Part shown: one piece after another, positions 22,136 through 30,815 of the stretch
Position numbering within the stretch: position 1 is the stretch's first letter
How the letters are laid out: the number at the start of each line of letters is the position of its first letter
NCBI GenBank assembly: GCA_020446745.1
Contig: JAGREA010000296.1
Span: forward strand, 1-34,435
Reading direction: 5' to 3'
Origin: Rhodobacterales bacterium
GTDB lineage: Bacteria > Pseudomonadota > Alphaproteobacteria > Rhodospirillales > JACKKN01
Length of the DNA stretch: 34,435 bases
Made by a program: the position numbers and the translations under genes
Notes under the pieces: model-generated
What the model saw: only the letters and a program-made list of their open reading frames with translations
The model's database searches: none
What the model was told of the DNA's origin: nothing

Positions 22136-22630
22136 ATGGAACGCACCGTCGAAAAGGTCCTGCCCGGATACACGGCCGAACAGCTGTTCGCCGTGGCCGT
22201 GGACGTGGAGCGGTACCCCACGTTCCTGCCCAACTGCGTGGCGGCGCGGGTGCTGCGCGACGACGGAGACCGCCAGCTCGTGGACAACCTGTTCCGCATC
22301 GGCCCCTTCCGTACCCGGTTCACCACCCGCACCCAGTTCGTCCCGCCCCGGTCCATCGACACCTGGGCCGTGGACGGCCCGGTGCGCGACCTGCGCTTCG
22401 CCTGGCGGTTCCAGCCCGTGGACGGCGGCTGCCGGGCCACCTTCACCATCGGCCTGGGCGTCATCGGCGCGGGCCTGGGGGCCCTGCCCGCCGGACGCTT
22501 CGTGCGGCGCCTGATGGACGACACCGAAGCCCGCATCCTGACCGCCTTCCAGGAACGGGTGGCCGAACTCTATTCCCCCGGCCTGGGCACGGGGGATTCG
22601 GCGATCCCGTCATCCAGCGTCGACAAATAG
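22136..22630 (+). CDS. SRPBCC/START-fold protein (RatA / CoQ-binding COQ10-like)
   Basis: 164 aa counted from the ATG at 22136. Contains GYTAEQLFAVAVDVERYPTFLPNCVAARVL. Only the last 164 codons of track ORF 20642..22630 are credible. Confidence 0.75.
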   Translation: MERTVEKVLPGYTAEQLFAVAVDVERYPTFLPNCVAARVLRDDGDRQLVDNLFRIGPFRTRFTTRTQFVPPRSIDTWAVDGPVRDLRFAWRFQPVDGGCRATFTIGLGVIGAGLGALPAGRFVRRLMDDTEARILTAFQERVAELYSPGLGTGDSAIPSSSVDK

Positions 22631-23253
22631 GCCAGCAGGTCCCGCACCTCGTCGGCGGTGCGCTCTTCGAACAGCGTTTCCGTGTCGCGGTGCTCGCGCT
22701 CGTAGGCCTGGAACTGCTCGATCTGCTTGCGCAGGTAGGTGCTGAACTGGCCGGCCAGCAGCGGCGCCTTCTCGTGGCCGTAGCCGTCGGCGCCGTGGCA
22801 CTTGGCGCAGGCCCGGTCATACAGCGCCCGGCCCGCCGCCACGTCGCCCTCGGTCTTGGGGATCTGCAGCACCTGCTTGGCCTGGTTCAGGCGTTCCAGC
22901 CCGTCCATGGCGGCATCGGCCGGGGGCAGGCGCGTCTTCAGGCGCAGGCTGCGCAGGTAGGCGGCCACGTGGACCACGTCGTCGTCGGGCAGTTCCCGGT
23001 CGGTGGCGTAGGGCAGCATGGGGATGTTGGTGCGCACCCGGCGCTTGAAGTCGCGGATCTGATCCAGGGTGTAGTCCACGGGCATGCCGGCCAGGCGCGG
23101 ATAGACGCCCTGGCCCCCGCCCTGGCCGTTGATGCCGTGACAGGGGGCGCAGACCTCGTAGATCTCGGCCCCCAGGCCCAGGTCCGGGGCGGCCCTGGCC
23201 GGGGCCGCCGAACCGGCGGCCAGCAGGGCGGCCGTGAAGGCCAGGCGCCTCAC
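22570..23253 (-). CDS. Dihaem c-type cytochrome (c4-like), last gene of the nos operon
   Basis: 227 aa from the GTG at 23253, which overlaps the nosY stop (GTGA). Signal peptide, CAPCH and CAKCH, and PRLAG/PLLAGQ motifs. Confidence 0.8.
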   Translation of the reverse strand: MRRLAFTAALLAAGSAAPARAAPDLGLGAEIYEVCAPCHGINGQGGGQGVYPRLAGMPVDYTLDQIRDFKRRVRTNIPMLPYATDRELPDDDVVHVAAYLRSLRLKTRLPPADAAMDGLERLNQAKQVLQIPKTEGDVAAGRALYDRACAKCHGADGYGHEKAPLLAGQFSTYLRKQIEQFQAYEREHRDTETLFEERTADEVRDLLAYLSTLDDGIAESPVPRPGE

Positions 23254-24077
23254 GGCAGGTCGCCCCGGCGGAACAGCAGGAACCCGCCGGCGGCGCAGAG
23301 CGTGCCGACGAAGATGGGATAGAGCACCCCGTAGACCAGGTAGCCGGCGCGCCCGAAGGCATCCAGGATGACGAAGGCGGCCGGTCCCATGAGCACCAGC
23401 TCGGGGTCGAACAGGGCCATGGAGGCGGTGCGGAACACCTGCATGGGGTTGGCCAGGGCGATGCCCACCACCAGCTCCGGCGGCGCCTGCTCGCGCACCA
23501 TGATGCCGATCAGCACCAGGTCCAGGAACAGCAGCAGGGTCAGCCACACCACGAAGGCCGTGCCCTGGGCCACGTCGGGCGAGCGGGCCAGGCTGGAGAT
23601 CAGCATGCCGATGCCCAGGAAGCACCAGGACAGCGAGAACAGCAGCAGCACGTTGAAGCCGAAGGCCTGCCACGGCACCGCGTAGCCGGCGATGGCGCCC
23701 CAGGCCATGGCCAGGGCCACGGCGGCGAACACGGGCACGAACACGGCCACGAAGCGCCCGGTGATCTTGCCCCAGTACCAGGCCCCCAGGCCCACGGGCA
23801 GGGACAGCAGGTATTCGAACACCCCCGCTTCCCGGTCGCCGGCCACGGACCGCACGGTGGTGATCAGGATGAACACCGGCAGGATGGCCATGCACACCTG
23901 GATGTAGACGATGAGCAGGCGGCTGAGGCCGGTGAACCCCATGACCCGGGACTCGGTCAGCCCGGTGACCAGCAGCAGCACCAGCACCCCGCCGAACACC
24001 AGGGCGTAGATCAGGAACCAGCGGGCGCGCAGGGATTCGGCGATGTCCAGGCGGGCGGACTGCAGCAGGCCCATCAT
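23250..24077 (-). CDS. nosY: NosY, ABC-2 type permease of the NosDFY complex
   Basis: 275 aa counted from the ATG at 24077. Six hydrophobic helices. Sits in nosF/nosD context. The start overlaps the nosL stop (ATGA). Confidence 0.85.
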   Translation of the reverse strand: MMGLLQSARLDIAESLRARWFLIYALVFGGVLVLLLVTGLTESRVMGFTGLSRLLIVYIQVCMAILPVFILITTVRSVAGDREAGVFEYLLSLPVGLGAWYWGKITGRFVAVFVPVFAAVALAMAWGAIAGYAVPWQAFGFNVLLLFSLSWCFLGIGMLISSLARSPDVAQGTAFVVWLTLLLFLDLVLIGIMVREQAPPELVVGIALANPMQVFRTASMALFDPELVLMGPAAFVILDAFGRAGYLVYGVLYPIFVGTLCAAGGFLLFRRGDLP

Positions 24078-24604
24078 GACGCGCGCTCCTGTCGTCTGTC
24101 CTGGCTTCCGGGCACGGGGCAGATGTGGTTGGGGGCGTTGGACAGAATGCGGCCGGTCAGGTCCTCGAACCGCAGGGCCGTGTCGGTCTTTTCCGTGCCG
24201 GCGGCGTAGTTGTAGGCCATGGGGCTGGCCGGCCCGGGGGTGAACCAGGCCTCTCGCGCATCCAGCCACGCCACCTTGTCGCGCGTGCTGGCATGGTCGG
24301 CCACCCAGATTTCCGTTTCCGCGTCGCCGGCCCAGGGCTGGTCGTTCAGCCAGTTGATGGCGCAGCCGATGTCGTCGAAGACGTACAGCTTGCGCTTGGG
24401 CCCGCCGCGCACCTGGGCGACGAAATGGGGGTCGCTGATCATCATGCGGCACAGCTCGCACACGTCGCGGTCCCAGTGGATGGCGCCGGGGCCGGTCTGG
24501 GGCCCGTCGTCGCAGGCGGCCAGGGGCGCCACGGCGGCGGCGGCGATCAGGCCCAGCACGGCGCGGCGGCTCGGCCCATGGCCATGGCGGCAGCGGCAGG
24601 TCAT
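24074..24604 (-). CDS. nosL: NosL copper-binding lipoprotein
   Basis: 176 aa. Lipobox PLAA|C, and the family motif DRDVCELCRMMISDPHF. The start overlaps the nosF stop (ATGA). Confidence 0.85.
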   Translation of the reverse strand: MTCRCRHGHGPSRRAVLGLIAAAAVAPLAACDDGPQTGPGAIHWDRDVCELCRMMISDPHFVAQVRGGPKRKLYVFDDIGCAINWLNDQPWAGDAETEIWVADHASTRDKVAWLDAREAWFTPGPASPMAYNYAAGTEKTDTALRFEDLTGRILSNAPNHICPVPGSQDRRQERAS

Positions 24605-25512
24605 GGCAGGGCCCTCCGCGGGGCGTCGGCATGGGCGGCGTCGGCCATGGTGACCCCGGCCAGCACGCCGGCATAGCGCGACAGCACGCCCAGGAAGCGC
24701 AGGCGATCCGGCCCCGCCACCTGGCCCTGCCAGGCCCGGCCGCCGCCCACGTCGGCGAAGCCCCAGTCGGCCAGGACCTTGGCGAAGGCCGGCTCGACCC
24801 GCGACAGGGTGACGGTGCAGTCCAGGCGGCTGGCCATGTCCACGGCGTCGGCCACGTGGTCGTCCAGCACCACCCGGCCCCGGTCCAGCTCCACCACCCG
24901 GTTGACCAGGGCGGCCACCTCGTCCAGGCGGTGCGACGAGATGAGCATGGCCGAGCGGTTGGCCCGGTCGGCCAGCAGGTCGAAGAACACCTTGCGGGAT
25001 TCCGGGTCCAGGTTGGCGGCCGGCTCGTCCATCACCAGCACGTCGCAGTCGCGGCCCAGGGCGATGCCGATCAACAGCTTCTGCTTCTGTCCGCCCGACA
25101 GCTTGACGAACGGCTGGCGGAGGATCTGGTCCACCTCCAGCCCCAGGGCGGCGGCCACGTCCAGCATGGCCTGGGGCCGCGATCCGCTGACCTTGGCGGC
25201 GAACCGCACCAGCTCGCCCACCGGCATCTTCAGGGGCGGCGGAAGCTGCGGCACGAAGCCCACGGCGCGCAGCACCTCGCGGCGGTGGCGGCGTGGGTCG
25301 CGGCCGCCGATGGCCACCGTGCCGGCGTGCACGTATTCGCCCAGCAGGCAGCGGATCAAGGTGGTTTTGCCGGCCCCGTTGGAGCCCACCAGGGCCACCC
25401 GGTCGCCGGTGGCGAAATCCAGGTCCACGGAATCCAGCACCGGCCGCCGGCGGAAGGTCTTGGAGACGGAGCGGAAGCGGATCAGCGGCGCGGTGTCGGG
25501 GGACGCGGTCAT
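24601..25512 (-). CDS. nosF: NosF, ABC transporter ATP-binding protein
   Basis: 303 aa. Walker A GSNGAGKTT, signature LSGGQKQKL, Walker B VLVMDEP. Confidence 0.9.
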   Translation of the reverse strand: MTASPDTAPLIRFRSVSKTFRRRPVLDSVDLDFATGDRVALVGSNGAGKTTLIRCLLGEYVHAGTVAIGGRDPRRHRREVLRAVGFVPQLPPPLKMPVGELVRFAAKVSGSRPQAMLDVAAALGLEVDQILRQPFVKLSGGQKQKLLIGIALGRDCDVLVMDEPAANLDPESRKVFFDLLADRANRSAMLISSHRLDEVAALVNRVVELDRGRVVLDDHVADAVDMASRLDCTVTLSRVEPAFAKVLADWGFADVGGGRAWQGQVAGPDRLRFLGVLSRYAGVLAGVTMADAAHADAPRRALP

Positions 25513-25519
25513 GCCAGGC

Positions 25520-26509
25520 CTACAACAGCTTGTTCAGGCCGCGGACCTCGAAGGCCAGGGACCCGGTGGGGCACACGTCGATGCACATGCCGCAGCGCGT
25601 GCAGTCGGGCCCCAGCCCCTGGGCCACCTTGGCGGCGTGGCCGCGCTTGGTCACTTCCAGCACGTGGGGAACCATGCACACCTTGCGGCAATCGCCTTCG
25701 TGCAGGCAATTCACGATGTCGTATTTCACGTGCACCGGCGAGGTGGTGCCGACGATGCCATAGGTCAGGCCGATGGGGCACACGTAGCGGCACCAGGCCC
25801 GGCGCGACACGAAGATCTCGAACACCAGCAGGGCCAGCACCCACAGCAGGGCCAGGCCGGGCCCGTAGATGAGGGCGCGGCTGAGGATGCCCACGGGGGA
25901 CACGGCCTCGAACACCGTGTAGCCGGTGACCAGGGCCAGCACCACGAACACCACGTACAGCACGGTGCGGGTGCCCCGGTGCAGGGGCAGGTCCACCACC
26001 ATCTTCATCTTGACCAGCTTCAGGTGGATCATTTCCGCCCATTCGGCCAGCAGGTGGTAGGGGCAGACCCAGGAACAGAAGGTGCGCCCGCCCAGCGCCC
26101 ACCACAGGATGAACACGGTGACCGTGCCGATCAGCAGGTTGATCAGCACTTCCTTGAAGGCCAGCATCACCTGCAGCGCGGCGTTCAGGTCGGCGAAGTG
26201 GAAGCCGAACACCCGCGACGCGGTGAGCGACCCCTCGATGAGCTGCACGTCCCACTGGAACGAGGCGACGAACAGCAGGTTGACGACGATGATCGAGAAC
26301 CAGCGCCAGTTCCGCCACTTGTGGGACGACTTGGCATCGTGTTCGGCCTTCAGCTTGGCCCGCCGTTCCTTGGTCGTGCCCTTGGCGAACTTGGCCTCCA
26401 TGATGGCCGCGGCTTCCGGGTCCACCTGGTCGTTTTCCAGGCGGCCGCCCGGTTCGCGTCCCAGCATCATGGCGATGGACGACATCATGCCCATGTCACA
26501 GGTCCCCAT
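25520..26509 (-). CDS. nosH: NosH, NapH-like membrane polyferredoxin (quinol dehydrogenase subunit)
   Basis: 329 aa. Four transmembrane helices with CSWVCP and CRYVCP, and C-terminal CLHEGDCRKVC and CTRCGMCIDVCP. The start is at 26509 or 26494. Confidence 0.85.
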   Translation of the reverse strand: MGTCDMGMMSSIAMMLGREPGGRLENDQVDPEAAAIMEAKFAKGTTKERRAKLKAEHDAKSSHKWRNWRWFSIIVVNLLFVASFQWDVQLIEGSLTASRVFGFHFADLNAALQVMLAFKEVLINLLIGTVTVFILWWALGGRTFCSWVCPYHLLAEWAEMIHLKLVKMKMVVDLPLHRGTRTVLYVVFVVLALVTGYTVFEAVSPVGILSRALIYGPGLALLWVLALLVFEIFVSRRAWCRYVCPIGLTYGIVGTTSPVHVKYDIVNCLHEGDCRKVCMVPHVLEVTKRGHAAKVAQGLGPDCTRCGMCIDVCPTGSLAFEVRGLNKLL

Positions 26510-27263
26510 ACCGCAGGCGTTCGACGACGACGATGGCCGGCGGATCCACCGGGCACATCATCTCGCATACGCCGCAGCCCACGCACTTGTCGAACACCAC
26601 CGGGTCGCCGCGCAGGTCGCTCAGGTCCAGGTTCAGGCGCTCGATGGTGATGGCGCCGTCGATGGGGCATTCCCGGGCGCACAGGTCGCACAGGTCCAGG
26701 TCGTAGGGGTGGTCGGTGACCGGAATGGGCGTCCAGCGGTCCACCTCCATGTAGCGCAGCTTGCCGTCGAAGTCGGTGCCCCGGGCCGTGCCCTTGATGC
26801 CCTCGCCGCGCCGGGCCAGGCAGGCGTTGGGGCGGGTCACCCGGGCCAGGCCCATGGTCACCTGCTCCTTGCGGTCGATCTCGTGGGTCAGGGCGCCGGT
26901 GGGGCAGGCCAGCACGCACTGCACGGCGTCGCACGAGAAATCGCAGGCCTGGTCGCGGGCCCCCACGAAGGGCACGCCCACGCCGAAGCCCTCGTCCAGG
27001 TCGCCCAGCTTGATGGCCTCCACGGGGCACACCTGCACGCACTGGCCGCACTTGATGCAGGCGGCCAGGAAGTCGTCCTCGTCCAGGGCGCCGGGCGGGC
27101 GCAGGCGCTTGGTCCAGGCCTTCTTCACCGGGAAGAAGCCCAGCATGGCGGCGCCGACCACCGTGCCGCCGAAGAACACCGAACGGATGAAGGCCCGCCG
27201 GGCGGCGCGGGCGCGCCGCGACGGCACCTTGGCCGGAGGGGACGTGTTGGTGTCGCTCATCAT
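26496..27263 (-). CDS. nosG: NosG, NapG-like periplasmic 4x[4Fe-4S] ferredoxin with a Tat signal
   Basis: 255 aa. Twin-arginine SRRARAARRAFIRS. Cluster motifs CIKCGQCVQVCP, CDAVQCVLACP, CDLCARECP and CVGCGVCEMMCP. Confidence 0.85.
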   Translation of the reverse strand: MMSDTNTSPPAKVPSRRARAARRAFIRSVFFGGTVVGAAMLGFFPVKKAWTKRLRPPGALDEDDFLAACIKCGQCVQVCPVEAIKLGDLDEGFGVGVPFVGARDQACDFSCDAVQCVLACPTGALTHEIDRKEQVTMGLARVTRPNACLARRGEGIKGTARGTDFDGKLRYMEVDRWTPIPVTDHPYDLDLCDLCARECPIDGAITIERLNLDLSDLRGDPVVFDKCVGCGVCEMMCPVDPPAIVVVERLRYGDL

Positions 27264-28621
27264 TCCTTGTCCTTGTAGACCCGCCCCTTCAAGTTGAAGG
27301 GATCGATGCGCCCCTCCCCTTCGTCGTCATCGGCCCGGCCTGCCCCGGCGGCATCGACGTCGGGCCGCTCGGCCACCCGGGGGCCGTCGGCCCGCATCTT
27401 CGGCTTGTCGTCCCGCAGCAGCAGGATCGGCTCGGAAAACGGGGCCAGCCGCTCCAGGAAGTCGATCAGGGTCAGCGACGGGGCGGCGCGGAAGAAGCTG
27501 GCATGGGGCACGTCCATCCAGATGCGGTCGGCGTAGACCCGCATTTCGTGGGGCGTGTCGCCCACCCCGTCGCCGTCCCGGTCGAAGCCCCGGTAGTCGT
27601 CCCAGTGGTTGCCGGCCCAATCGTTGCGCGCCGCCGAGGCCTTGGCGTTGACCGAAACCTGAACGTAATTGCTTTCGAAGATGTTGTCGCGCAGGACGTT
27701 GCCGGTCCAGTCGTTGTGGAACAGGATGCCGATGGAATTGAAGGCGATGCGGTTGTCGTACATGCGGTTCAGGGTGTCGGGCTGGAACGGCGACACGTCG
27801 GTGTAGATGCCGGTGGCGCAGTACACGATGTCGTTGCCGGCGATGGTCACGTCGCTGGATTCCTTCAGCCCCACGCCCATGCCCGTGGCCCCCTGGCCGT
27901 GGGAGATGTGGTTGTCGCGCACCACCACCCCGTCGCTGTACATCAGGAAGATGCCCACCGAATTGCCTTCGTAGGTGTTGTCCTTCACCAGGTTGTACTG
28001 GGAATACATGAAGTGGGTGCCGTAGCGCCCGCCGCGGAAGGTGTTGCCCGACAGCACGTTGTCGACCGAATACCAGATCACCGAATCCCGGGTCAGGGCG
28101 ATGTCGTTCTGCTCGATCTTGTTGTTGCGGGAATACCAAAGGCGGATGGCATCGCCGCGCACCCCCAGGTGGAAGTCCTTGCCGCGGATGACGTTGCGCC
28201 GCACCACGTTGTTGTGGGACTTGGACAGGTCCACCCCGAACAGGGTGTTCTCGATGCGGTTGTCCTTGATCACGTTGTAATTGCCGCGCACCTGGATGCC
28301 GGCGTCGATGTCGTTGTGGCTGTCGCCGGAATTCACCAGGTGCAGGCCGCGCACGGTGGCGCCGTCGGTGTCCAGGATCAGCACGCTGCCCTTGCCGCCG
28401 GCGTCGATGGTCACGGCGCCGTCCTGGCCGTCCAGGGTCAGGGGCTTGTCGATCACCACCGGCCCGGCATAGGTGCCGGGCGGCGGGGCGACCACGTCGC
28501 CCTTGGCGGCGGCGTCCACCATGTCCTGCAGGCCAGGCTGGGGCTTGGCGGCCGGCAGCCCGAAGGCCGCCGGGACCAGCCCCAGAACCAACCCCACCAC
28601 CAGGAGGACGCGGGCCGCCAT
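27260..28621 (-). CDS. nosD: NosD, periplasmic beta-helix protein for CuZ maturation
   Basis: 453 aa counted from the ATG at 28621. Signal peptide MAARVLLVVGLVLGLVPAAFG. Repeated parallel beta-helix units (NRIENTLFGV, NVIRG, NTFRGGRYGTHFMYS, ...). The track ORF extension to 29821 overlaps nosB and is rejected. Confidence 0.9.
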   Translation of the reverse strand: MAARVLLVVGLVLGLVPAAFGLPAAKPQPGLQDMVDAAAKGDVVAPPPGTYAGPVVIDKPLTLDGQDGAVTIDAGGKGSVLILDTDGATVRGLHLVNSGDSHNDIDAGIQVRGNYNVIKDNRIENTLFGVDLSKSHNNVVRRNVIRGKDFHLGVRGDAIRLWYSRNNKIEQNDIALTRDSVIWYSVDNVLSGNTFRGGRYGTHFMYSQYNLVKDNTYEGNSVGIFLMYSDGVVVRDNHISHGQGATGMGVGLKESSDVTIAGNDIVYCATGIYTDVSPFQPDTLNRMYDNRIAFNSIGILFHNDWTGNVLRDNIFESNYVQVSVNAKASAARNDWAGNHWDDYRGFDRDGDGVGDTPHEMRVYADRIWMDVPHASFFRAAPSLTLIDFLERLAPFSEPILLLRDDKPKMRADGPRVAERPDVDAAGAGRADDDEGEGRIDPFNLKGRVYKDKE

Positions 28622-28629
28622 GGCGGGCC

Positions 28630-29919
28630 TCAGCCCTCGCCGTCGCCTTCGCGCAGCGCCTTGCGCCGCAACGCCATGGCCAGCAGCACCAGCAGCGCCG
28701 CCGCGGCCAGCAGGCCGAAGCCATAGTTGGGGTACGAGAAGGTGGAAAACTGCGCCACCTTGCCCTGGCCGAACACCGTGGGCATGAAGGGCTTCAGGGT
28801 GAAGGCCCCCATTTCGCTCAGGCGATGGCCGTACCACCACAGCCAGGCCGCGTATTCGACGATGAACGCCGCCGGCACCACCACCGGCACCAGGGGCGGC
28901 AGCCAGTACAGCAGCCCCCGCGACCGGCTGGAGAAGAACACCAGCAGGCCCATGAGCACCACCACGCCCCAGAAGGTGACGGTGGTGGCCACGGACATGA
29001 TGGCCACCAGCGGGCGGATCTTGTCCTCGATCTTGAACCAGCGGCCCAGGCTTTTCTCGTAGTGCCAGATCAGCACCTGGGCGCTGCTGCCGGTCCATTC
29101 CTGGCGCTTGTCGGCCGGCAGGCGGGCCATGTCGGCCTCGAACGCCTGCTGCAGGATGTGGATGTTGACGGTCTTGGCGTCGGCGCCGCTTTCCTTGGCC
29201 TCGGCCAGGATGTCCTTCAGGGACTTGGCCTTGCCGCCGTCGCCGGCATGCAGCGAGCCCAGAACGTCCTTCAGGCGCGACTGGCCGGTGGCCTCCAGAC
29301 GGCTGTCCAGTTCCTCGCGCGACACGCTGAGCTGGCCGGCGTCGCCCAGCTTGCGCTTCAGCTCGGCGATGATGGGGCTCAGCTCCTCCCCCTCCTCCTC
29401 CTCGCCCTGACCCAGCGAGGTGACCAGGGCCTGCAGGTAGCCGGCGTTCTGGTACTTGATGCCGCCGGCGGTGAACATGGTCACCGCCATCCAGCCGGCG
29501 ATGCCCAGGAAGCCCACGGCCATGACGATGACCCGGAACCGTGGCCGGGTGATCAGGAACCCGATCAGGATCACCCCCAGCATGGCGAACAGGAACTGGG
29601 AATAGGCCTTTTCCACCACGCCGCCCGAGGCGATGGGGTACATGCCGACGAAGTGGTTGATGGCGTCCATTTCGTGGACGCAGTCCAGGGCCTCGGATTC
29701 CGTCTTCTCGGCCGTCTCGATGAGCTGGCAGCCGTTGAACACGCCGTTCATGTGGAAGTTGATCTTGATGCCCTGGGGAAAGGCCGTTTCCGGGTACTGG
29801 GGCGCCTTCAGCGACACCCACCAGATGGGCGACACGTAGGCCACGGCGAACAGGCCGATGGCCACGACGATGAGCAGGCGATAGACGAGGGCGCCCTTGT
29901 TGGATTGAGAGCTAGCCAT
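28630..29919 (-). CDS. nosB: NosB-like integral membrane protein (clade II nos accessory)
   Basis: 429 aa. About 6 transmembrane helices with an acidic/lysine-rich loop of roughly 130 aa. The position between the nos cytochromes and nosD is as in Sec-type nos clusters. Confidence 0.7.
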   Translation of the reverse strand: MASSQSNKGALVYRLLIVVAIGLFAVAYVSPIWWVSLKAPQYPETAFPQGIKINFHMNGVFNGCQLIETAEKTESEALDCVHEMDAINHFVGMYPIASGGVVEKAYSQFLFAMLGVILIGFLITRPRFRVIVMAVGFLGIAGWMAVTMFTAGGIKYQNAGYLQALVTSLGQGEEEEGEELSPIIAELKRKLGDAGQLSVSREELDSRLEATGQSRLKDVLGSLHAGDGGKAKSLKDILAEAKESGADAKTVNIHILQQAFEADMARLPADKRQEWTGSSAQVLIWHYEKSLGRWFKIEDKIRPLVAIMSVATTVTFWGVVVLMGLLVFFSSRSRGLLYWLPPLVPVVVPAAFIVEYAAWLWWYGHRLSEMGAFTLKPFMPTVFGQGKVAQFSTFSYPNYGFGLLAAAALLVLLAMALRRKALREGDGEG

Positions 29920-29932
29920 GGTTCTTCAGGTC

Positions 29933-29998
29933 CCTGTCCGAGCGGGAGGAGATCTCCGGACAGGCTGCCGTTGGCGACCCGGAGCCAGGGGCTCCGGG
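29933..29998 (-). other. Two adjacent GC-rich stem-loops in the cytochrome c/nosB intergenic spacer
   Basis: CCTGTCCG (29933-29940) pairs with CGGACAGG (29957-29964). CCCGGAGCC-agg-GGCTCCGGG (29978-29998) is a perfect 9-bp stem. Confidence 0.35.
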
Positions 29999-30032
29999 CC
30001 GTCCGCAGGGTGAACGGAGACGACGAGGCGAC

Positions 30033-30752
30033 TTACTTGAAGTCGGGGTTTTCCCAGTCGGCGCTGGGGGCCACAAGCTCTTTCGGCGGCTTCTGGCGGG
30101 ACACGTAGTCCATCACCGCGACCATGTCCTTGTCCGAGAACCCGGCGATCTGCTTGACCATGTCCGGGTTGGCGTTGCGGCGCTTGCCGTCGCGGATCCA
30201 CTCGAACTGGCGCACCAGGTACTTGTAGTGCTGGCCCTGGATGCGGGGGAAGTACTTGTCGGGCATGCCCTCGCCGTTCTCGCCGTGGCAGCGCACGCAG
30301 TTTTCCTTGTACAGCTTCTCGCCCAGGGCCAGGTCGGTGCCCGGGCCCACGCCGGGTTCCGGGTTCATGGGCAGCTTGGCGATGTAGCCGGCCACGTCGG
30401 AGATGGACTGGGCGCCGCCGATGGATTTCGGCAGGGCGAAGGGGTACATGGTGGGGTTGTCGCGGTTCAGGGCGCGGATGTCGGCCAGCTGCTTGATCAG
30501 CACCGTGCGGTGCTGGCCGGCCAGCTGCGGGAAGGTGCCGTCCGGCAGGCCCCAGCCTTCGGGCAGGTGGCAGGCGGCGCACACCTCATAGACGTCCAGG
30601 CCGTTTTCCAGGTCCGGTTCCAGGTGCAGGGCCTCGTCCTGCTCGCCGCCGCCTTGGTTCCACGCATTTCCGGCGGCGATGGCGCCGCCGGCACCCAGGG
30701 CCACCGCCATGGCGGCGGCGGCCGCCATCGTCAGAAAGGACTTGGTCTTCAT
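30033..30752 (-). CDS. Dihaem c-type cytochrome (c4-like; NosC-like position)
   Basis: 239 aa from the ATG at 30752, which has a GGAGAA Shine-Dalgarno. Signal peptide, CAACH and CVRCH, PQLAGQ. Confidence 0.85.
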   Translation of the reverse strand: MKTKSFLTMAAAAAMAVALGAGGAIAAGNAWNQGGGEQDEALHLEPDLENGLDVYEVCAACHLPEGWGLPDGTFPQLAGQHRTVLIKQLADIRALNRDNPTMYPFALPKSIGGAQSISDVAGYIAKLPMNPEPGVGPGTDLALGEKLYKENCVRCHGENGEGMPDKYFPRIQGQHYKYLVRQFEWIRDGKRRNANPDMVKQIAGFSDKDMVAVMDYVSRQKPPKELVAPSADWENPDFK

Positions 30753-30815
30753 AGCCGTTCTCCGTGATGTCTTTCCGTTATGTGTTTCCACCCCCCCGCG
30801 GCCGTTTCCGGCCGG

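Noticed and set aside
22136-22630. RatA-type toxin-antitoxin system
   Set aside because: SRPBCC/RatA-like proteins are often auto-annotated as toxins. No small partner (antitoxin) ORF is adjacent, and the family is more generally a lipid/quinone-binding START fold.
28622-29821. N-terminal 400-codon extension of the nosD ORF (27260..29821)
   Set aside because: The extension is Arg/Gly/Pro-rich and overlaps the clearly membrane-protein-like nosB frame. The NosD signal peptide starts at the internal ATG at 28621.
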